This document shows, piece after piece, positions 35,525 through 46,307 of a DNA stretch of 64,000 nucleotides. Source of the stretch: Rhizaria sp. SCN 62-66. Its lineage: Eukaryota. A model generated the notes under the pieces. It was not told the DNA's origin and searched no databases. It saw only the letters and a list, made by a program, of their open reading frames with translations. Position 1 is the first letter of the stretch. Each line of letters opens with the position of its first letter. The stretch spans positions 1-64,000 of the forward strand of contig MEDY01000021.1 of NCBI GenBank assembly GCA_001724265.1. Direction: 5' to 3'. Made by a program: the position numbers and the translations under genes.

Positions 35525-36134
35525 TCGTGTTGAGCTAATGTTGTGTCGGGTGTTGTTATAGAACGCATAGAGTACAATGAACAACATCGCAGGCGGTGTG
35601 TGAGCGGGGGTGTCGAACAAGATGCGGCAGGGATGCGATGATAAGACTATGCCACACACGGCATCACAGACAGTTCCCAGACAAGCATCTTTCAAATCAA
35701 GACAATAACGTTTACAATAAACACTGCACAAACTGTTGGATTGCAATACTAACGATTGTGTGAAGTAGAATATAAGTAAACAGAAGCTGACGATTGGGCG
35801 CCACGACTCGACCACAAAATTTTCCAAGGAGCCGTTCGACCATCTTGCCAATAGGTGCAGCACCATCACCTGACCGTAAACAGTTCTCTAGCCAACAGCA
35901 TCAAAGTTCAGATGTATTATCATTTAATTTACATTTGTCTCATCTTCTGAAACTGTATTCTACCTTGTGTATTCCCTTCAGGACGCACCCCCCGCTGACG
36001 TGGTCGCAGCGAGTGAGGCCAGTATCCTCCTGCATCCCCTCTGTCACACCACAGCTCACGTATCTCAACGAATAACACGTGTATTGATAATTGACGTGTT
36101 GTCTTCTCTGCGTGGTCGCTCCCACAGTGCCACA

Positions 36135-37568
36135 ATGCGTTTTGGCAATCTCCAAGCGAGGCTCTCCTTCAGGAGCCTCATGCTGCTGGTGGTCGCCTTG
36201 TCTGTCTGCTTAGCCTCCGCCTCCGCCTCCACAGCCGCCTCAACCCCCACAGTTGCTGCCACATCGACCACCCCGGACCGCACCCCGGTGCCCCATTTTA
36301 TCAACACCCGCGGCGACGACGTCGCGCGCGAAATGGCCCGCCGCCGCACGGTGCGCTGTCCCACCCCGTCGATGTACCCATCGTACCACGAAATCGTCGC
36401 CGTCGGCCGCGCGCTGGCCAAGACTCAGGACCGCCGCCGCGCGCTCGAGGCCCGCCGCTGCTACATGGACGCCATGGATCTCTATTTGACCCGCCTAGGT
36501 CTGTACGGCCAGTCCGAGGAAGAGGCGCGCCTGTCCGCGACTCCCGAGGCGGCGCAGAGCATCGCGTACGCGCAAACCGTGCTCCGCAACGCGCCCCAGT
36601 ACTCGACGCTCCCGGCGGGGCTGCCAAGGGACCCGCGCATCACGGACCCGTTACTGTTGGGCGGCGGCGTTCTTATGGACGCGCCTTCGCTCGAACAACA
36701 ACAGCTCGCGCAAAAGGCCGGGATCAACGCTGCCGCTGCCGGTGGCGCCACGGGTGGCATCAGTCAAAACGGCGGCGTCGTCTCGCCAACTCCCCTCACC
36801 CCCGGTGCCACTGGTGGCTTTGTGAGCGGGAACGAAGCTGAGCGCAAGAACCGCGACCGGCTGAGTCCGGATGACCCCGACGACGACCCCAACGCCGCCG
36901 CGCCCTACGTGCCGCTGTACGCGCGCGGCGGCGCGGCAGAGGCCGACGCGGCGGCCGCGGCGGCGCTTGCGGCCGCGGCGGAGAAAGCACGCGCGGAGGG
37001 ACACGACGGCGTGGTCGCCACTACCAGTGATCAGGCCAATAATGTGAACTCAAATGCGAATGGTAACAGTGCCGGCAACTCAGCAGGTTTGCCCGCGAAT
37101 GCGTTTCTGCCGACGGGCAACAATGGCGGCGACGGCGACGGCGACAGTCAGGTTGGTGTCCCGCCTGCTCTGCCTGACGAGCCCCTTACACAAGCCCCTT
37201 ACATCCCTTCGCTGGCGGACTTCGGCATCGCGATGCCCGAGCTCGAGCAGAGTCCCTATGCGCACACCGCGATCGTGGCCGATGACAACAGTCCCAGCGC
37301 CCAAAAGCAACGCTCTGGTACTTGGAACGGCAACGGCCAAAACATCAACGGGAATGGTAGCGCTGGTAACGCTAGTACTAACGACGCAGTGAACGCGCAG
37401 TCGCAGCCTGCGAAGGGGGTTGAGTGGTCTAATGGTCAGTCTAAGGGGCAGGTGTGGCGCGCGCACAGCGCCGAGGCGTGGACAAGTGACGCCAGGCTCA
37501 AGAGCAGGGCGCGCACGGTGTATGACTTGCAGCTCATGATTCAGCAGCGCGCACTGGGCAAGCCTTGA
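36135..37568 (+). CDS. Hypothetical secreted or membrane-targeted protein
   Basis: MRFGNLQARLSFRSLMLLVVALSVCLASASA is signal-peptide-like; short helical Cys/Tyr region then low complexity; TGA stop. Confidence 0.75.
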   Translation: MRFGNLQARLSFRSLMLLVVALSVCLASASASTAASTPTVAATSTTPDRTPVPHFINTRGDDVAREMARRRTVRCPTPSMYPSYHEIVAVGRALAKTQDRRRALEARRCYMDAMDLYLTRLGLYGQSEEEARLSATPEAAQSIAYAQTVLRNAPQYSTLPAGLPRDPRITDPLLLGGGVLMDAPSLEQQQLAQKAGINAAAAGGATGGISQNGGVVSPTPLTPGATGGFVSGNEAERKNRDRLSPDDPDDDPNAAAPYVPLYARGGAAEADAAAAAALAAAAEKARAEGHDGVVATTSDQANNVNSNANGNSAGNSAGLPANAFLPTGNNGGDGDGDSQVGVPPALPDEPLTQAPYIPSLADFGIAMPELEQSPYAHTAIVADDNSPSAQKQRSGTWNGNGQNINGNGSAGNASTNDAVNAQSQPAKGVEWSNGQSKGQVWRAHSAEAWTSDARLKSRARTVYDLQLMIQQRALGKP

Positions 37569-37883
37569 GTGGAGTATGAAACAACATGACACGCGTTGTG
37601 TACTGTTAAAAGTCGGGACGGGGAGATACACGTGTGCTGCTTCGCGATGCAAACGTCAGACTGTGGTCTGGTGTTACTGTTTTTGCACGAAGTCACGTTT
37701 ACCAACAACATGAAAATGCCTCCGTTATGAACGTAGCAATACATGAAGATACTTAGTTTTTGATCCGAAACTGGAAACAAACGTGCTCGAAAATCGCAAA
37801 ATAGTGTTGATACACTGTATTATTCTACCATCGCAATAAATACCTTCTCAAACAAACAAACACCCAACTGCGTCTAATATATC

Positions 37884-39669
37884 TTACATCTTCTTGCTCT
37901 GCACAGCGTCGAGCGACCGCTCAGCGCGACTCACCTGCGTCCTCAGCTCCTTGACCAAACTCAACAGCTTCGCGGCCTTAACATCATTCACCATATCCAC
38001 CATGCTGGGGCGTGCCCCGCCGTTGGCGGCCACAAACGCCTCCTGCCAGCGTCGCACCTCGGTCGCGGTCTGCTCTAGCGCCTGCTGTTTGGTGGCTAAG
38101 TCCGCGGCCAAGCGCGACACCGTGGCCTCGTGTTCGGCCTTGCGCTCGGCGCGGAGCTTGTCAGCCGCCGCGGCACGCTCCGCCGGGGTGAGCACGTCGT
38201 CGCCCACGCCGTCGGAGCCGGCCCCCGCGGCGCCGGGGCGGAAGTAGTGAGCGAACTTCGACCCCGCAACGCCCGCCGCGGTGCCGTTGGCGAGGCGCGA
38301 CAGGCGCGGGTTGATCGCGGGCGGAACCACGGCCTCGCCAGCCGTCTTCGCGCTAACAACGGTGTTGGCGTTGTTGTTGACGGTATTCATGGAGTAGATG
38401 CAGCGCATAATGAAGGATTTGTTAAAGTTTTGCTCAATCCACGCCGCAACCGCAACTTCATCGCCCGCACTGGGCGGCGGAGTCAGGGGTTCACTGTAGT
38501 CGACGCTTCTGGAGCTAGAGTCAGTCTGCTGCGGTGCAGACGACTTGCGCGTGAACGTCAGCAGCTCCTGCTCGATAGACCCGGGAATTTGCACCGGGAT
38601 GACCGCTTTCCCGCCCGCTTTGAGCCGCGCGAGCAGCGACACCGGGACGCGGGTCGACGCCACTCCGCAGTGAATGGCGTCGAAGGGGCCGTGGGGCAGT
38701 GCCACGTCAGCAGAGAAACCGTCGCCGCAGAGGAAAGTCACGTCGGCGGACTGGGCGGCGGTGAGGGCCTCGGGGGTGGCCTCTGTGGCAGCGCCGCCGG
38801 GGGTCGCACCGATCGTCGCAACTCTATGCAAAAAATACAGTAATAAAACAAAGAATATGTCCAAGTACATCAATAAATCGTGAGTAAGCCACTAATACTA
38901 TTGTACTAAATATAGTGGTAAAGCTGCATCTCATGTTTTATCTTCACATCAACTTATTAATCCCGCTAAACCGCAAGTAACGTCATTTTGCCAATAGATT
39001 GGTGAGCGTGTAAACTTACGTGAGAGCCGAGTTGGCGGCGGTAACGTTGTCGGCCGCCTGTGCGACCAAACCCGGTGCGATATCGACACCGACAACGCGA
39101 CTCGCCGCCGCCGCGGCAGCGGAGGCCGGGTTGGCGCGCAGGGCGTGGAAGACGTTACCGACGACGGCGGCGACGTAACCGGAGCCGGAGCCGACGTCGA
39201 GGACGGAGCGGGCGCGCGCGGGCGTGGCGGGGCGGCCCGGGACGTGCTCCGGCACGAACGCCGGCGACAGCGCCTCAAGCGCGATGCAGTGCATGTGAGC
39301 GGAGGTGATGGTGGCGCCGCAGCCGATGTCGTGCGGCTTGTCTTCGTAGGGAAGCGGCGCCGGGTCGAAGTCGGCGCGGTCCGTCTTGCGCACGGCGTAC
39401 TCAAGCAGTGGGGTCGTCACCAGGCTGTTCTTGCGGAGGTTGTCGCAGAGCTCGGTCTGCGTGGTGCCGGAGTTGTTGAAATTCATCGAGAGAGAGACGA
39501 GCATGTCGGTGCTGACGTTGCCCATCAGCGAGCGCGCGGGAGCAGAGACGACAGAGCTGCTGACTGTGGCCGGTGCTGTGTGTGAGACTGCGGGTGAGGC
39601 CACGGCGTGAGCGACCTTGCTGCGGAGAGGAGCCGCCCAACGGGAAAGGCGCGCGGTGCGGCTCAGCAT
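37884..39669 (-). CDS. PCMT1: Protein-L-isoaspartate O-methyltransferase (PIMT/PCMT) with putative mitochondrial presequence and C-terminal extension; exons 39669-39020, 38823-37884
   Basis: DRADF, YEDKPHDIGCGATITSAHMH, VLDVGSGSGY, GDG...GPFDAIHCG, LKAGGKAVIPV. N-terminus MLSRTARLSRWAAPLRSK is Arg/Ser-rich with no acidic residues. Confidence 0.9.
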
Positions 39670-39999
39670 ATGATGCGCGAGTGTCTGATTGTTCAGCCAG
39701 TCAAAGAGGGACACATAGGAAGTAAAAAACGGGGGGCGGCAGTGAGAGAGCGCTCTCGTTGGTCGCGGAATTGGGCTTACTGAAAGCATAGGTTTCTCTA
39801 TGGATCGACTGTCAACAGTCACATAGTTTTCGGAACAAACGCCCAATTGTATTTAAAACATTATACAGAAATTATATGTGCGCATCATAACATCTTTGCT
39901 TTCAACGCATCACACTGTGCTATCGCCAATGTCCGGCACTCAACCTCCTCGCACTTGCCCCTGCGCCCGCTTGCGCCACACTCTCAGGCCACCCTTCCT

Positions 40000-41105
40000 A
40001 TGCTAAAGAAGGCCCTCTCTAGCCTGACCGGCGCCGTTGCCCGCCGTCCTTATAGCCAGCGCCGTGCCGAGAGCCTCTGGAAGCTCTACCCCGTCACCCC
40101 GACGATGGTGTTTCCCACCAATGTTGAGGCTCCGTCGTACATTCGCAACGACAAGCCCACCATTAAGTCGGACAAGATCGAGTATAAGTCCGCCGCGGAC
40201 GTGGCGCTGATGCGTGAGGCGTGCCAGTACGCATCCTACATCCGCGAGTTTGCTGGCAAGCAGGTCGCTGTCGGCATCACCACCGACGAGATCGACAAGC
40301 GCGTCTTCAAAGAGGTCCGTCTCTAGAAAATTAACTTTAACTCGACATGTCTCTATTGAATCAACACTTGCTAATACGTTTGTATTTACGTATTACGAGC
40401 AATTTTGAATCTTATTCACTTGGATTTAGTTTCTCATGTCTGGATATATGCATGCATTTTTTGTCTTTAATATAGTGCGTTCGCCTGGGCATCTACCCGT
40501 CTCCCCTCGGCTACTGCGGCTTCCCCAAGACCGTCTGCACCTCGGTCAACAACGTCGTCTGCCACGGCATCCCCGACCTACGCCCACTTGAAGAAGGTGA
40601 CATTGTGAACATCGACGTCTCGACCTTCAAGAACGGCTTCCACGGCGACTGCTCGGGCATGTTCGTCGCCGGCACCGCCTCCGCCGCCGACACTGCGCTC
40701 ATCAACGCCACCAAGCTCGCGCTGGACCGCGCGATTGCCGTTTGTGGGCCCGGTGTGCCTTTGACCGCGATTGGTGACGCCATCCAGCCTGTCGCCGACG
40801 CCGGCGGCTACGGCGTCGTTGAGACCTTCACCGGCCACGGGATCGGAAAGGAGTTCCACATGGCGCCGTATATCTTCCACCACCGCAACGGGTATCCGGG
40901 CGTGATGCGGCCTGGCATGGTGTTTACCATCGAGCCCATCTTCAACGCCAGCAGGGACATCCAGTGCGTACAGCTGGACGATGGGTGGACCATCATCACC
41001 AGCGACGGGGCCCGGTCAGCGCAGTTCGAGCAGACACTCGTGATCACAGACACCGGCGTCGAGGTGATGACGCAGCACGAGCACGTGCGGGAGAAGTTTG
41101 CGTGA
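40000..41105 (+). CDS. METAP1D: Methionine aminopeptidase type 1, probably organellar MAP1D; exons 40000-40314, 40476-41105
   Basis: YPSPLGYCGFPKTVCTSVNNVVCHGIPD, NIDVS...GFHGD, GHGIG..FH, FTIEP, SAQFEQT. No N-terminal zinc finger; basic presequence-like MLKKALSSLTGAVARR. Confidence 0.9.
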
Positions 41106-41568
41106 GTGCGCTGGTGCGTCGCAAAAAATAAGGTGTGTGAGCTCATTAAGTATTGTGGGGCCAGAAGTCCAACCATCGGTCTGATGTAGCAACAAAACGT
41201 CGCATTGAAATGTGTTATCAGATGTTCGATTGGGCTGAGATGATATTTAATTGTAATTAAATGCGACAATATACAAAATAATATGTTTTTACATAATATG
41301 GACATGAAATCATTGTATTGAAAAGTTTAGATGGGCGATGAGATGTTGCCTTTGTTCGGATGAACATTGAATATAAAACATTGAATATAAACATTGCTTG
41401 TGGTTTGTGAGAGCACGTGGCCTTAAAACTATACATAGCAACACAGAAAGTAACGCGCATCAAGATTCTTGCGCTCGCACTGACCGACAATATCATAGGT
41501 TCAGTCCGTGGTGACCCGACAGTCAATTGCTTAAGCAAACTTACAAAAGGAAGGCGTCACTAACTCTT

Positions 41569-42174
41569 TCAATCGGTCTTGTTCATCCAAAAAAACGGGT
41601 TTTTGCGGTGTTTATCTGCAAACTTGGCCATCCAGCGGTCAATAAAGCTCGCCGGGATGACCAGAACCTCACCGTTGGCTGCCTGCGCCGCCGCGGCCGC
41701 CATGGTTTGGGGATCATTCGGCTGTGCAAACGACGTCATGTACGTGTACAGGTCCTGGGCAATGCCGCGGACCGAGTCGAGCGTCTTGGTTTCCTCGACC
41801 TGGTCGGCCGTGACGCGCTCTGCGAGATCTGTCTCGCTCTCGAGTGCAAGCATGAGGTGAATATATGGCGTCTCGGGGGGCAAGAGCCCGTTCCAGGCAG
41901 CACGGAAGAACGCCGTGGGCGACGACGCGAGCAAGGAGCCAAGATAGTTCCACTCCTGGCCGGCGGGGTCGGAGTAGTACACGCCGATGCCGGCCCCGGG
42001 CGGCAGCGCGATGGCGAAAGACACGGCCAGCGTGGTGATCTGACCGGGGGCGGGGATCGTGCACACCATCTTCGTCTCGTCAACCGGCTGGAAGGCTGTA
42101 ACAATGGGGCGGCCGGGGATGACGACGGCAAAGAAGTCTTTTACGGCTGCAGTCGCCTGGAATGCTTCAGCCAT
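41569..42174 (-). CDS. HIKESHI: Hikeshi/OPI10 family Hsp70 nuclear import carrier
   Basis: FAVVIPGRP, GIGVYY...WNYLGSL...PTAFF, IAQDLYTYMTSF, IP...IDRW..KF..K...NPFFW. Confidence 0.9.
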   Translation of the reverse strand: MAEAFQATAAVKDFFAVVIPGRPIVTAFQPVDETKMVCTIPAPGQITTLAVSFAIALPPGAGIGVYYSDPAGQEWNYLGSLLASSPTAFFRAAWNGLLPPETPYIHLMLALESETDLAERVTADQVEETKTLDSVRGIAQDLYTYMTSFAQPNDPQTMAAAAAQAANGEVLVIPASFIDRWMAKFADKHRKNPFFWMNKTD

Positions 42175-43050
42175 CGTGTCACGCGCTTATGGGAGCTTTA
42201 AGGAGGGCGAGCACTTTCAGTGGTGCAGCCACAGAGAAGAGCGGGTTCGTCGGGTATATTAGAGCTTGATGCGTTCAGGCTAAGGCATAGTATCAATGTG
42301 AAAGTAAAATATAGTGGAACGTGGGCTTTAGTCTATAAATGTTGATTATAACAAGATATGCTTCTTGGAGTGGTTTTGCATCGAGGGCTGCAACCTGAGA
42401 GCAAGTCGAAGAGCTCAGACCAAGTCGTAGATGGGCATAATGACGCACTATGCAGATATTAAAACAAAATCAGTCGCAATCAAAAACAAATCAAAGATAT
42501 ATCGTGAGAAAAAAACGCCAGACGGACTGTGCACGTCAGACAACAATGGTCTCAAACCGTAGTCCCTCTCGAAGACTCGGTCAAGTTCTTCTTCAGCAGC
42601 AGCGACCGGACCGAAAAACAAAAAAATTAAGCCGCTGGGCGAGACACTGAAAGGGGGGAAGACGGTCAAAAGCTCCCCTAGCTTTCCTTGTCTCATAATG
42701 TAATTTCATGTGTTTATCAATCGCGATAGGTTCTATTTTATGCTTGTGTCAGCGGTCATTCTGCGTTCACGGCGACGTACTGAATTTGCTTGAGTGGGCT
42801 CCCTTGGTCCACTCGCTCAAGTCGACCACCTCCTTCACAAAAGTCGTTCCCTCTCGCCAGAACCGCTCTAGATGAACTATCCCATACGTGTTCGGTGTTT
42901 GGTCAATATAGATACCTATATTTTCTCCGTTGCTAACGCTGCAACCTCAAGCTGTCCTTTCCAATCGCCTCAACTTTCCCTCACCCACTCCCCCTTTGCC
43001 TCTCGTTGCTCTTCTCCCACCTGCTTCTCCCTGCTCTCCAGGCCTTCACC

Positions 43051-45522
43051 ATGAGGCATTCAGTGGTGCTGTGTCTTCTCCTCGCCGTGGCGGCCGCGTT
43101 CGCCTCGGAGCTGGAGAACACCACAGCGGCTCCTGCGTTCCCGTGGCAGCGCCCGCCCGTGCAGGGCGCGGCGCCGCCCGGGCGCGCCGGTGTGTCGGCG
43201 TCCCTCGCCGGCAACGACCTCGTCGTCATCGGCGGCTGCGAGCACGACATCTCCTGCGTCTCGGACGTCCACATCTACGACACCAACGCCGGTGTTTGGT
43301 CGACGGTCTATTCGGGCGCGCAGAACACGGACCCCGAGAAGTCTCTGCTGTCGCAGATCGTGCTCCCTCCCCGTGGCTACCACTCCGCCACGGCCGTGAA
43401 CCAGCCCGCACAGGCCGCGTACCTCAACAAGCCCGCGTACAAGGTCTACGTCTTCGGTGGCCAGTCTTCCAACGGCTTCCGCAACGACATGTTCACCTTC
43501 GAGACGGCGACGCGCCAGTGGTCCAAGCCCCTCACGCCGGCGGGCGCCCCCAGCGAGCGCGCGGGACACTCGACGGTCCAGTACAAGGACAAGCTCATGC
43601 TCTTCGGTGGCAACACCGCCGCGGGCTTCGCCAACGACGTCTGGCAGTACGACATGCGGCTGAACACGTGGACGCCGCTCGAGACCAAGGGCACCGCGCC
43701 CCCGCCCAGTGCGTACCACACGACGACGCTCGTCGGCGACTTGCTCTACGTCTACGGCGGCCGCAACGACCGCGGCGTACTCGGCCAGGACGTCTTCGTG
43801 CTCGACCTGACTATCCTGTCGTGGTCCAAGCCCATCCTGCAGGGCCACACACCCGCCCCGCGCCACGGCCACGTCGCGTCGGTCAGCGGCAGCAAGATCT
43901 TCTTCTTCGCCGGCTGCGACATCACGCGCAAGACTTGCTACGACGACGTTCCCGTGCTCGACACCGAGAAGCTCATGTGGGTCACCCCCATGCCCCGCCC
44001 CGGCGGCCCCAACGCCGTGCTGCCCTTCCCCGCGGAGGTGGCCGCCGTCAATGCGGCCACTGCCGGGGTCGTAGCGATCACCGCCAATCAGGTACGTCTT
44101 TGGCCATAGAACATACTGTGGGAAGTCTGTTTGTTTGCTAAACGTGAAGCAGATAGTAAAATAGGGGGGTATAAATAGAAACTATCTGCTGTGATATTTT
44201 TTGACTCTTTGTTTTTCTTTCCTCCATGTGTTGGCTCGCGCTCCTATGATCTGATCTCTTGATTTCTCCTGTCCTCACCACTCAAATTGTTCCTCGGTCT
44301 TGCTTTTTTTTTGCTTTCACACACACAGGGTGCGTCTGCGACCAAGGCTGGCTCCGCGATGCTGAACTCGCTGCCCCTGGGCGCCGCCAGCTTCCTCGAG
44401 CTCGGCGCCACGTTCTCCCCGTCCTCCGCCCCCAGCAACGCGCTCGCGCCCGCCGTGCCGCGCCGCCGCCGTTCCACGGCGTACCGCTCGACGCAGGCCT
44501 TCCCCAACGGCGTGCTGCTTGAGGGAGAAGTGCCCGAGATCTACCGGGAGGCCGACTTCGCCCCCGCGGCCAGCAAGGACACCACCGTGTACCTCTTCTA
44601 CTACGACGACGGCACTCCCGTCCCCGCGAGCGCTGTCCCTCACGGCAACGCCGCCGGCGCGTCGCTGCTTGAGGCGGACCCGGCTGCTGCTGCTCCCGCT
44701 GCTGCTGCTCCCGCCGCTGCTGCTCCTGCTCCTGCTGCTTCCCCTGCTCCTGCTGCTGCCGCGCCCGCCGCCGCCGCTGCCCCTGCCGCCGCTGCCCCTG
44801 CCGCCGCTCCCGCCGCTGCTCCCGCCGTTGCTGCCAAGCCCGCTGCCGCTGCTGCTGCCGTTGCCTCCGCCGTTGTTGCTGCCATCACCAACAACACCAC
44901 CCCCGCTGCGGCCCCCGCCGCGCCCGCTGCTCCTGCTGCGCCCGCTGCTCCCCTGGGCGGCAACGGCACCGCCCCCGCCAACGCCACCAACGCGACCGCC
45001 GCCGTGCCGCCGCCGGGCACCGTGCCCGTGGTGACGGGCAACGGCACCATCGTCCACATCAGCAACACGAGCGCGGGCGCCAACGCCACGCGCGCGGCCA
45101 ACGCCACCGCTGCGCTGCCCTTCACGGTTGACAACGTTATCAAGTCGGGCAACCTGTCGTTCACGCCGCACGCCAACATCTCCGGCACGGTCGCGATCCC
45201 CGCTCCCGTGGCGGCGGCTAACGTTACCAAGGAGACGCTGCCCAAGATCCTCGGCCTCAAGAACCTCATCGACCGGACTGCAGCGCAGCAGCGCGACCGT
45301 GAGACGTTTGACGCGCAGCATAAGGCCAACAACCCCGAGCCCGTGCCCTACACTGGCACCATGGCCGCGCCCGCGGGCCACAGCTACGCGGGCGCGTTCG
45401 TGGCCGATGGACAGAAGCTCATCGTCTTCGGCGGCTGCCAACTCTTCGGCGACAAGTGCGGCGGAGATGTGCTGTTCATGCACGTCAACCCCAAGATCGA
45501 GTACCAGATCGCGCTGCGGTAA
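43051..45522 (+). CDS. Secreted Kelch-repeat beta-propeller protein with Ala/Pro mucin-like insertion; exons 43051-44091, 44329-45522
   Basis: Signal peptide MRHSVVLCLLLAVAAAFA; five consecutive Kelch repeats (R.GH....FGG...ND...D....W) and a sixth at the C-terminus; GTACGT...cacag intron. The 3' end could alternatively splice at 45519. Confidence 0.88.
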
Positions 45523-46307
45523 GCGAAATACAAGCGCACGCAGTGTGGTTGAGTAAGGGACTGATTAGCGTAAGAAAAAAGGAAGGGCCCAACATATAAA
45601 GCGAAACTTGTGCTGTTTTTTAATGACTGGAAGTTAGCTTTGCCTGGGTGGGTCTTGAGGAAAGAGCACCTGGGATAGTGTCGGAAGACACGAACATACA
45701 GCAAATATTCAAAGCATTATATTGTCTATGATACAACTGCACTAGCATACTCTTCTTGTATGTGGAATTGATATGATCACTCTCTGTTTATTCATGCTTT
45801 TGTATGCCGCGAAGTGACAGTACCACAAGTGGACCGCGAACGGCTACTCTGACGAGAGAGGGACAAAGGAGGCGTCCGATCTTGAGGCCCAAAATATACA
45901 CAACTTATCCCTGTATACGGAATGTCTCGGGTACTCTGCGATTAGATACGATTTAATTTATCTGTAATCATTTTGAGAATCTGCCCAAATGGCTTCTGTC
46001 GCCTGTTAATCGTCTTCTCACTACCACCTTCTTCGTAACCTCTCCCATTGCGCTTGGCCTCCTCCTACTCGTCTCTAGGCGAACGCCACAAGCCCTACTA
46101 GCGCTCTGAACGCTGAAGCGCTCTTTACTCAAACAAAAAACCGTTTAGACTCACCCTTGGCACTGCGCGCTCGCGCCTGCTCTCGCACAGTCGCCTTTTC
46201 TTCCCAATACCTACTCAGGCCGACGCACACTCTCGCGTCAATTCATTCTTCTTTCGAGAGCGCGCTCACACCAGCAGCAGCACAACAGAACAACCACAGA
46301 CAGCAAC

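Noticed and set aside
35525-36134. N-terminal ORF extensions of 33530..35869 and 35967..37568
   Set aside because: AT-richer sequence with atypical composition and non-ATG starts; better read as UTR or divergent promoter.
45519-45956. Possible extra Kelch intron (GTAAGC at 45519) and downstream exon
   Set aside because: The sixth repeat is already essentially complete at the TAA, and downstream frames look non-coding.
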